Source: the human T2T-CHM13v2.0 reference genome, Homo sapiens. Taken from it: a stretch of DNA of 64,000 nucleotides. Under the pieces are notes generated by a model. The model was given only the letters and a program-made list of their open reading frames with translations, searched no databases and was not told the DNA's origin. The translations under genes were made by a program, and so were the position numbers. This document shows, in pieces, positions 1-11,500 of the stretch. The stretch is taken from assembly GCF_009914755.1 (NCBI RefSeq), contig NC_060937.1; one strand, given 5' to 3'. Numbering within the stretch: position 1 is the stretch's first letter; each line of letters opens with the position of its first letter.

Positions 1-1106
1 GTGCATTCATCACACCGTGTTAAACCTTTCTCTTGACTGAGGAGTTTTGAAACTTACTTTTTGTAGTATCTGCAAGTGGTCATTTGGAGCGCTTTGAGGA
101 CTATGGTGGAAAAGGAAATATCTTCACATAAAAACCAGACAGAATAATTCTGAGAAACTTCTTTGTGATGAGTGAGTTCATCTCACAGAGTTGAACCTTT
201 CTTTGATTGAGCAGTTTGGAAGCACTCTTTTTGTACAATCTGCAGGTGGATATTTGGAGCGCTATGCTGCCTATGGTAGAAAACGAAATATCTTCACATA
301 AAATCAGGACAGAAGCAATCTGAGAAACATCCGTTTGATGTGTGCGTTAATCTCACAGAGTTAAATCTTTCTTTTGATTGAGCAGTTTCGAAACTCTCTT
401 TTTGTAGAATCTGCAAGTGGACATTTGGAGCGCTTTTAGAACTATGGTGGAAAAGGAAATATCTTCACAAAAATCTAGACAGAAGACTTCTGAGAAACTT
501 CTTTGTGATGTGTGTATTCATCTCACGGAGTTGAACCTTTCTTTTGATTGAACAGTTTTGAAATGCTCTTTTTGTAGAATCTTCAAGTCAGCATTTGGAG
601 TGCTTTGAGGACCATAGTGGAAAAGGAACTATCTTCACATAGAAACTAGACAGAAGAATGCTGACAGACATCTTTTTGACGTTCGTTAATCTCACAAGGT
701 TGAGCCTTTCTTTTGATTGAACAATTTGGAAAATCTCTTTTTGTTGAATCTGCATGTGGACATTTGGAGCGCTTTGAGGCCTATAGTGGAAAAGGAAGTA
801 TCTTCACATAAAACTAGACAGAAGAATTCTGAGAAACTTCTTTGTGATGTGTGCGTTTATCTCACAGACTTGAACCTTTCTTTTGATTGAGCAGTTTGGA
901 AACACTCTTTTTGTAGAATCTGCAAGGGGACGTTTGGAGCGGTTTGCGCCCTATGATAGAAAAGGAAATATCCTCACATAAAATATAGACAGAAGCAATC
1001 TGAGAAACTTGTTTCTCATGTTTGCATTCATCCACAGAGTTAAACGTTTCTTTTGATAGAGTAGTTTTGAAACACTCTTTTTGTAGAATCTGCAAGTGGA
1101 CATTTT
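1..1106 (+). repeat. Alpha satellite, divergent monomers (layer type 1: GTGGACATTTGG / TAGACAGAAG), forward orientation
   Basis: ~171-bp tandem units containing TCTGAGAAACTTCTTTGTGATGTGTGCATTCATCTCACAGAGTTGAACC and GGTGGAAAAGGAAATATCTTCACATAAAA. The forward register ends at ...GCAAGTGGACATTTT (~1106). Confidence 0.97.
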
Positions 1107-4100
1107 TAATGCAGACATCACAAAGTAGTTTCTCAGATTGCTTCTGTCTAGATTGTATGTGAAGATATTTCTTTTTCTACCATAGACTCCAAAACGATCC
1201 AAATGTCCACTTGCAGATTCTACAAAAAGAGTGTTTCCAAACTGTTCAACCAAAAGAAAGTTCAACTCTGTGAGATGAATGCACGCATCACAAAAAAGTT
1301 TCTCAGAGTTCTTCTGTCTAGTTTTTATGTGAAGATAATTTATTTTCCAATATAGGCCTCAAGGTGCTCGAAATGTCCACTTGCAGGTTCTACAAAAGAA
1401 TATTTCAAAACTGGTCCATCAAAAGAAAGGTTTAACTCTGTGAGATGAATGCAAACATCACAAAGAAGTTTCTCAGATTGCTTCAGTCTAGATGTCATGT
1501 GAAGATATTTCCTTTTCTACCATAGCCTGCAAAACGCTCCAAATGTCCACTTTCAGATTCTACAAAAAGAGAGTTTCAAAACTGTTCCATCAAAAGAAAG
1601 GTCCAACTCTGTCAGATGAATGCACACATCACAAAGAAGTTTCTCTTCTTGCTTCTGTCTAGATTGTATGTGAAGATATTTCTTTTTCCACCATACACCT
1701 CAAAGCACTCCAAATGTCCACTTGAAGATTCTATAAAAAGAGAGTTTCAAAGCTCTTCAATCAGAAGAAAGGTTCAACTCTGTGAGATGAATGCACACTT
1801 CACAAAGAAGTTTCTCAGATTTCTTCTGTATAGATTTTATGTTATGATATTTCTTTTTCTACCATAGGCCTCAAAGCGCTCCAAATGTCCACTTGCAGAT
1901 TCTACAAAAAGAGAGTTTCAAAACTTCTGAATTAAAAGAAAGGTTTAACTCTGTGAGATGAATGAACACATCACTAGGAAGTTGCTCAGATTGCTTCTGT
2001 CTAGATATTATGTGAAGATATTTCCTTTTCTATCATAGGCCGCAAAGCGCTCCAAATGTCCACTTGCAGATTCTACAAAAAGAATGTTTCCAAGCTCCTC
2101 ATTCAAAAGAAAGATTGAACTCTGTCAGATGAACGCACACATCACAAAGAAGTTTCTCAGAATTCTTTTGTCTAGTTTTTATGTGAAGATATTTCCTTTC
2201 CCACCATAGTCCTCAAAGTGCTCCAAATGTCCACTTGCAGATTCTACAGAGAGTTTCAAAGCTCCTTCATCAAAAAAAAAATGTTAACCTCTTTCTGATG
2301 AATGCACACATCACAAAGAAGTTTCTCAAATTGCTTCTGTCTAGATTTTGTCTGAAGATATTTCCTTTTCTGCCACAGACTGCAAAGCACTCCAAATATC
2401 CATTTTCAGATTCTACAAAAAGACTCTTTCCAAACTCTTCAATCAAAAGAAAGGTTCAACTCTGTAAGATGAACGCAGACATCACAAAGATGTTTCCCAG
2501 AATTCTTCTGTCTAGTTTTTATGTGAAGATATTTCATTTTCCACCAGAGGCCTCAAGGTGCTCAAATTGTCCACTTGCAGATTCTACAAAAAGAGAGTTT
2601 CAAAACTGCTCAATCAAAAGAAAGCTTTAACTCTGTGAGATGAATGCACACATCACAAAGAAGTTTCTCAGATTGCTTCTGTCTACAATTTATGTGAAGA
2701 TATTTCCTTTTATGCTATAGGCCCCAAAGCGCTCCAAATGTCCACTTGCAGATTCTACAAAAAGAGAGTTTCCAAACTGCTCAATCTAAAGGAAGGTTCA
2801 ACTCTGTGAGAACAATGCACGCATCACAAAGAAGTTTCTCAGAATTCTTCTGTCTAGTTTTTATGTGAAGATACGTTATTTTCCACCATAGGCCACAAAG
2901 CACTCTACATATCCACTTGAAGATTCTACAAAAAGAGAGTTTCAAATCTGCTCCATCAAAGGAAAACTTCAACCCTCTGAGATGAATGCACCAATCACAA
3001 AGAAGTTTATCAGATTACTTCTGTTTATATTTTATATGAAGATATTTCCTTTTCCAATATAGGCCTCAAAGTGCTCCAAATATCCACTTGTAGGTTTTAC
3101 AAAAAGAGAGTTTCAAAACTGTTAAATCAAAACAAAGCTTTAACTCTGTGAGATGAATGCACACATCACAAAGAAGTTTCTCAGATTGCTTCTGTCCAGA
3201 TTTTATGTGAAGATATTTCCTTTTCTACCATAGGCCGCAAAACGCTCTAAATGTCCACTTGCAGATTCTACAAAAAGAGTGTTTCCAAACTGCTCAATCA
3301 AAAGAAAGATTCAACTCTGTTAGATGAATGCACACATCGCCAAGTCGTTTCTCAGAATTCTTCTGCCTAGTTTTTATTTGAAGATATTTGCTTTCCAACC
3401 ATAGTCCTCAAAGCGCTCCAAATGTGCACTTGCAGATTCTACAAACAGAGAGTTTCAAAACTCGTGCATCAAAAAAAGTTTACCTCTTTCAGATGAATGA
3501 ACACATCACAAAGAAGTTTCTCAGATTGCTTTTGTCTAGATTTTGTCTGAAGATATTTCCTTTTCTGCCATAGGCCACAAAGCGCTCCAAATATCCACTT
3601 GCAGATCCTACAAAAAGAGTGTTTCTGAACTCCTCAATCAAAAGAAAGTTTCAACTCTGTGAGATGAATGCACACATCACAAAGAAGTTTCTCAGAGTTC
3701 TTCTGATTTGTTTTTATATGAAGATATTTCCTTTTCTGTCATAGGCCTTTAAGCGCTCCAAATATCCACTTGAAGATTCTACAGAAAGAGAGTTTCCAAA
3801 GGGCTCAATCAAAAGAAAGTTTTAACTCTGTGAGATGAATGCACACATCACAAAGAAGTTAATCAGATTGCTTCTGTCTAGATTTTATGTGAGGATATTT
3901 CTTTTTCCAGCCTAGGCCGCACAGCACTCCAAATGTCCACCTGAAGATTCTACTACAAAAGTTTTTCCAAACTGCTCAATAAAAAGAAAGGTTCAACTCT
4001 GTGAGATGAATGCACACATCACAAAGTAGTTTCTCAGAATGCTTCTGTCTAGTTTTTATGCGAAGATATTTCCTTTTCCACCGTAGGCCTCAAAACGCCC

Positions 4101-5500
4101 CAAATGTCCACGTGCAGGTTCTACAAAAAGAGAGCTTCAAAACTGCTCAATCAAAGAAGTTTTAACTCTGTGAGATGAATGCACACATCACAAAGAAGTT
4201 TCTCATATTGCTTCTGTCTACAATTTATGTGAAGATATTTCCTTTTATACCATAGGCCCCAAAGCGCTCCAAATGTCCACTTGCAGATTCTACAAAAGGA
4301 GTGTTTCCAAACTTCTCAATCAAAAGAAGGTTCAAATCTGTGAGAAGAACACAGGCATCATAAAGAAGTTTCTCAGAATTCTTCTGTCTAGTTTTTATGT
4401 GAAGATACATTATTTTCCACCATAGGCCACAAAGCACTCTAAATGTCCACTTGCAGATTCTACAAAAAGAGAGTTTCAAATCTGGTCCATCAAAAGAAAA
4501 CTTCAACCCTGTGAGATGAACGCACATATCACAAAGAAGTTTATCAGGTTGCTTCTATCTAGATTTTATGTGAAGATATTTCCTTTTATACCATAGATTG
4601 CAAAGCACTCCAAATGTCCACTTGAAGATTCTACAAAAAGAATGTTTCCAAACTGCTCAATCAAAAGAAATGTTCAGCTCTATGAGATGAACACAGACAT
4701 CACAAAGAAGTTTCTCAGAATTCTTCTATCTAGTTTTTATGTGAAGATATTTCCTTTTCCCCATAGGTCTAAAATCTCTCCAAATATCCACTTGCAGATT
4801 CTACAAAAAGAGAGTTTCAAAACTACTGAATCAAAAGAAAGGTTTAACTGTGTGGGATGAATGCACACATCACAAAGAACTTTCTCAGATTGCCTCTATC
4901 TAGATTTTAATGTGAATATCTTTCCTTTTCTACCATAGGCCTCAAAGCGCTCCAAAAGTCCACTTGCAGATTCTACAAAAAGAGTGTTTCCAAACAGCTC
5001 AATCAAAAGAAATTTTTGACTCTGTGAGATGAACGCACTCATCACAAAGATGTTTCTCAGAATTCTTCTGTCTAGTTTTTATATGAAGATACTTCCTTTT
5101 CCACGATGGGCCTCAATGTGATCCAAATATCCACTTGCAGATTCTACAAAAGGAGTGTTTCAAAACTCCTCAATCAAAAGAAAGATTTAACTCTGTGAGA
5201 TGAATGCAACATCACAAAGAAGTTTCTCAGATTGCTTCTGTCTGGATTTTATGTGAAGATATTTCCTTTTCCACCATAGGCCTTTAAGAGCTCCAAATGT
5301 CCACTTCCAGATTCTACGAAAAGAGAGTAGCAAAATTGCTCAATCAAGAGAAAGTTTTAACTCTGTGAGATAAATGCACACATCATAAAAAAATTTCTCA
5401 GTTTGCTTCTGTCTATATTTTATGTGAGGGTATTCCGTTTTCTACCATAGGCTGCAAAGCTCCCCAAATATCCACTTACAGATTCTACCAAAAGAGAGTT
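1107..5500 (-). repeat. Alpha satellite, reverse orientation, layer type 1 with alternating two-monomer pattern
   Basis: Reverse-complement units (AATGCACACATCACAAAGAAGTTTCTCAGA...CTTCTGTCTAG...CCAAATGTCCACTTGCAG). ATTGCTTCTGTCTAGAT and AATTCTTCTGTCTAGTT versions roughly alternate. The right boundary is approximate. Confidence 0.95.
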
Positions 5501-8500
5501 TCAAAACTACTCTATCAAAAGATAGGTTCAAATCTGTGAGTTGAATGCACACATAACAAGGAAGTTTCCCAGAATGCTTCTGTGTAGTTTTTATCCGAAG
5601 ATATTTCCTTTTCCAAAATAGACCACAAAGCCCTTCACATATTCACTTCCAGATTCTACAAAAAAAGTGTTTCAAAACTACTCAGTCAATAGAAAGGTTC
5701 AACTCTGTGTGGTGAATGCATTTTTCTCAAAGAAGTTTCCCAGAATGCTTCTGTGTAGTTTTTATTTGAAGATATTTCATTTTCCATCATAGGGCACAAA
5801 ATGCTCCAAGTATCCACTTGCAGATTCTACAGAAAGAGAGATTTAAAAATGCTGAATCAAAAGATAGGGTCAACACTGTGAGTTGAATGCACACATAACA
5901 AGAAGTTTCGCAGAATGCTTCTGTGCAGTATTTATGTGAAGATATTTCCTTTTTCAAAATAGGCCTCAAATCGCTCCAAATATCCACTTGCAGATTCTAC
6001 AAAAAGAGTGTTTCCAAACAGCTCAATCAAAAGAATGGTTAAATTCTGTGAGACAAATGCACACATCACAAGGATGTTTCTCAGAATGCTTCTGTGTAGT
6101 TTCAGTTTGAAGATATTTCCTTTTCCATTATAGGCCACAAAGGGCTCCAAATATCGACTTGCAGATTCTACAAAAGAGAGATTCAAATCTGCCCAGTCCA
6201 AAGATAGATTCAACTCTCTGAGTTGAATGCACATATCACAAAGAAGTTTCTCAGAATGCTTCTGTGTAGTTTTCATGTGAAGATATTTCGTTTTCCACAA
6301 TGGGCCTCAAAGCTCTCCAAATATCAACTTGCAGATACTGCAAAAAGAGTGTTTCAAAACTGTTCAATCAAAGGAAGGTTTCAACTCTGTGTGATGAATG
6401 CACTCATCACAAAGAAGTTTCTCTGAATGCTTCTGTGTAGTATTTATTTGAAGATATATCCTTTTCCACCAAAGAGCACAAAGGGCTCCAAATATCCACT
6501 TGCAGATTCTACAAAAAGAGAGATTCAAAACGGCTCAATCAAAAGATAGGTTCAACTCTCTGAGTTGAATGCACACATCACAAAGAAGTTTCTCAGAATG
6601 CTTCTGTGTAGTTTTTATTTGAAGATATTTCCTTTTCCACAATAGGCCTGAAATCACTCCAAATATCCACTTGCAGATTCTACAAAAAGAGTGTTTCAAA
6701 ACTACTCAATCAAAAGAAAGGTTCAACTCTGTGAGGTGAACGCACACATCACAAAGAAGTTTCTCAGAATGTTTTTGTGTAGTTTTTAGGTTAAGATATG
6801 TGCTTTTCCAAAGTAGGCCTCAAAGCGCTCATAATATCCACTTGCCAATTATACAGAAAGAGTGTTTCAAAACTGCTCTATCATAAGATAGGTTGAACCC
6901 TCTGAGATGAATGCACAGATCACAAAGACTTTTTTCAGAATTCTTCTGTGTAGTTTTTATTTGAAGATATTTCCCTTTCCACCATAGGACGCAAATGGTT
7001 CCAAATATCCACTTGCAGATTCTACAAAAAGAGAAATAGAAATCTGTTCAATTATAAGATAGGTTCAACCTTGTGAGATGAATGCACACATCACAAAGAT
7101 GTTTCTCAGAATGCTTCTGTGTAATTTTTATGTGAAGATACTTCCTTTTCCACAATAGAGTGTTTCAAAACTTCCCAATCAAAAGAAAGGTTCAACCCTG
7201 TCAGATGAATGCTCACATCACAATCAAGTTTCTCAGAATGCTTCTGTGTAGTTTTTATTTGAAGATATTTTCTTTTCCACCATAGGCCACAAAGGGCTCC
7301 AAATATCCACTTGCAGATTGTACAAAAAGAGAGATTCAAAACTGCCCAATCAAAAGATAGGTTCAACTCTGTTAGTTGAATGCACGCATCACAGAAAAGT
7401 TTCCCAAAATGCTTCTGTGAAATTTTTATGTGAAAATATTTCTTTTTCCACAATGGGCCTCAAAGCTCTCCAAATATCAACTTGCAGATACTGCAAAAAG
7501 TGTGTTTCAAAACTGCTCAATCAGAGGAGGATTTCAACTCTGTGTGATGAATGCACTCATCACAAAGAAGTTTCTCTGAATGCTTCTGTGTAATTTTTAT
7601 TTGAAGATATTTCTTTTTCCACCATAGAGCGCAAAGGGCTCCAAATATCCACTTGCAGATTCTACAAAAAGATAGTTTAAAAACGGGTCAATCAAAAGAT
7701 AGGTTCAACTCTGTGAGTTGAAGACACCCATCAAAAAGAAGTTTCTCAGAATGCTTCTGTGTAGGTTTTATGTGAAGATATCTCCTTTTCTACAGTAGGC
7801 CTCAAATCGATCCAAATATCCACTTGTAGATTCTACAAAAACAGTTTCAAAACTGCTCAATCAAAAGATAGGTTCAATTCTGTGAGCTGAATGCACTCAC
7901 CACAGACATGTTTCTCAGAATGCTTCTGTGTAGTTTTTATGTGAAGATATTTCCTTTTCCACAATAGGCTTCAAAGCTCTCCAAATATCCACTTGCCGAT
8001 TCTGCAAAAAGAGAGATTCAAAACTGCTCAATCAAGACATAGGTTCAACTCTGTGAGTTGAATGCACATCTCCAAAGAAGTTTCTCAGAATTCTTCTGTG
8101 TAGTTTTTATTTGAAGATATTTGCTTTTCCACAGTAGGCCTCAAAGCGCTACAAATATCCACTTGAAGTTTCTGCAAAAAGAGAGATTCAAAACTGCTCA
8201 ATCAAAAGATAGATTCAACTCTGTGTGTTGAATTCACACATAACAAAGGAGTTTCTCAGAATGCTTCTGTGTAGTTTTTATGTTAAGATATACCCTTTTC
8301 CAAAATAGGCCTCAAAGCCCTCCAAATATCCACTTCCAGATTCTACAAAAAGAGTGTTTCAAATTTGCTCAATGAAAAGAAACATTCAACACTGTGTGAT
8401 GAATGCACTCCTCACAAAGAAGTTTCTCTGAATGCTTCTGTGTAGTTTTTATTTGAAGATATTTCCTTTTCAACTTTAGGGCACAAAGAGCTCCCAATAT

Positions 8501-11500
8501 CCACTTGCAGATTCTACAAAAAGAGAGATTGGAAACTGCTCAATCAGAAGATACGTTCAACCCTGTGAGATGAATGCACACATCACAGAGAAGTTTCCCA
8601 GAATGCTTCTGTGTATGTAGTTTTTATTTGAAGATATTTCCTTTTCCACCATATGCTGCAAAGGGCTCTAAATATTCAATAACAAAGTCTACAAAAGAGA
8701 GATTCCAAACTGCTCAATCAAAAGATCTGTTCAACTCTTTAAGTTTAATGCATATATAACAAAGAAGTTTCTCAGAATGTTTCTGTTCAGTTTTTATGTG
8801 AAGATATTTCTTTTTCCACCATAGGCCTCAAAGCCCTCCAAATATCCAATTCCAGATTCTACAAAAAGAGTGTTGCAAAATTGATCAATCAAAGGAAGGG
8901 TTCAACTCTCTGAGATGAATGCACTCATCACAAAGAAGTTTCTCAGAATGCTACTGTGCTCTTTTTATTTAAAGATATTTCCTTTTCCACCATAGGGTGC
9001 AAAGGGCTCCAAATATCTACTTACGGATTCTACAAAAAGAGAGATTGAAAACTTCTCAATCAAAAAATACGTTCAAATCTGTGAGTTGAATGAACACATA
9101 ACAAAGATGTTTGTCAGAATGCTTCTGTGTAGTTTTTATGTGAAGATATTTCCTTTTCCAAAATAGGCCTCAAAGCTCTTGAAATATACACTTCCAGATT
9201 CCACAAAAAGAGTGTTTCAAAATTGCTCAATTAAAGGAAAGGTTCAACTCTGTGTGATGAATGCACTCATCACAAAGAAGTTTCTCTGAATACTTCTGTG
9301 TAGTTTTTATTTGAAGATATTTCATTTTCCACAATAGGGCGCAAAGGGCTCCAAATATGGACTTGAAGATTCTACAAAAAGAGAGATTCAAAGTTGCTCA
9401 ATCAAAAGAAAGGTTCAACTCTGTGAGTTGAATGCACACATCACAAAGAAGTTTCTCAGAATGCTTCTGCGTAGTTTTTAAGTGAAGATACTTCCTTTTC
9501 CACAATAGGCCTCAAACCGCTCCAGGTATCCCTTTGCAGATACTACAAAAAGAGTGTTTCAAAACTGCTCAATCAAAAGAAAGTTTCAACTTTGTGAGAT
9601 GAATGAACACATCACAAAGAGGTTTCTCAGCATGCTTCTGTGTAGTTTTTATGTGAACATATTTGCTTTTCCACAATAGGCCTCAAAGCTCTCCAAATAT
9701 CCACTTGCAGATTCTGCAAAAAGAGAGATTCAAAAGTGCTCAATAAGGAGGTAGTTTCGACTCTGTGAGTTGAATGCACATCTCCAAAAAAGTTTCTCAG
9801 AATTCTTCTGTGTAGTTTTTATTTGAAGTATTTGCTTTTCCACCATAGGCCCCAAATCGCTACAAATATCCACTTGAAGATTCTGCAAAAAGAGAGAATC
9901 AAAACTGCTCAATCAAAAGATAGGTTCAACTCTGGATGTTGAATGCACACATAACAAAGGAGTTTCTCAGAATGCTTCTGTGTAGTTTTTATGTTAAGAT
10001 ATACTCTTTTCCAAAATAGGCCTCATAGCCCTCCAAATATCCACTTCCAGATTCTACAAAGAGTGTTTCAAAACTGCTCAATGAAAAGTAACGTTCAACA
10101 CTGTGTGATGAATGCACTCCTCTCAAAGAAGTTTCTCTGAATGCTTCTGTGTAGTTTTTACTTGAAGATATTTCCTTTTCAACAATAGGGCACAAAGGGC
10201 TGCAAATATCCACTTGCAGATTCTACAAAAAGAGAGATTGGAAACTGCTCAATCATAAGATGCGTTCAATTCTGTGAGATGAATGCACACATCACAGAGA
10301 AGTTTCCCAGAATGCTTCTGTGTAGTTTTTAAGTGAAGATACTTCCTTTTCCACAATAGGCCTCAAATCGCTCCAAATATCCACTTGCAGATTCTACAAA
10401 AAGTGTGTTTCAAAACTCCTCAATCAAAAGAAAGTTTCAACTCTTTGAGATGAATGAACACATCACAAAGAAGTTTCTCAGAATGCTTCTGTTTTGTTCT
10501 TATTTGAAGATATTTCCTTTTCAGCAATAGGCCTCAAAACTCTCCACATATCCACTTGCAGATTCTGCAAAAAGGGAGATTCAGAGCTGCTCATTCAAAA
10601 GGTAGGTTCAACTCTGTGTTTTGAATACACACCTCACAACGAAGTTTCTCAGAATGCTTCTGTGTAGTTTCTATGTGAAGATATTTCCTTTTCTACAATA
10701 GGCCTCAAAGCTCTCCAAATAGCAACTTTCAGATTCTGCAAAAAGAGAGATTCAAAACTGCCCAATTAGCAGATAGGTTCAACTCTGTGAGTTGAATACA
10801 CACATCACAAAGAAGTTTCTCAGAATGCTTCTGTGTAGTTTTTATTTGAAGTTATTTCCTTTTCCACCATAGGCCACAAAGGGATCAAAACATCCAAATG
10901 CAGATTCTAAAAAAAGGAGATTCAAAACTGCTCAATCAAAAGAAACGTTCAACTCTGTGACATGAATGTGCACACCACAAAAAAGTTTCTCAGAATATTT
11001 CTGTGTAGTTTTTATGTGAAGATATTTGCTTTTCCACGGTAGGCCTCAAAGCGCTCCAAATATGTACTTGCAGATTCTATAAAAGGAGTGTTTCAAAACT
11101 GCTGAATAAAAAGAAAGGATCAACTCTGTGAAATGAATGGACACATCACAAAGAAGTTTCTCAGAATGCTTCTGTGTAGCTTTTATTTGAAGGTATTTCC
11201 TTTTCCACCATAGGCCGCAAAGGGATCGAAATATCCAATTGCAGATTCTAAAAAAAGGAGATTCAAAACTGCTCATTTCTGTGTAGTCTTTATGTGAAGA
11301 TATTTGCTTTTCCATGTTAGGCCTCAAAGCGATCCAAATATCTACTTGCAGATCCTGTAAAGTGAGTGTTTCAAAACTGCTGAATAAAAAGAAAGGATCA
11401 ACTCTGTGAAATGAATGGACACATCACAAAGAAGTTTCTCAGAATGCTTCTGTGTAGTTTTTATTTGAAGGTATTTCCTTTTCCACCATAGGCCACAAAG

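Noticed and set aside
1061-1106. Apparent target-site duplication with 20087-20130 around the inverted block
   Set aside because: The shared TCTTTTTGTAGAATCTGCAAGTGGACATTT is simply monomer consensus. Adjacent bases differ and the dimer phase does not match, so it is not evidence of a TSD.
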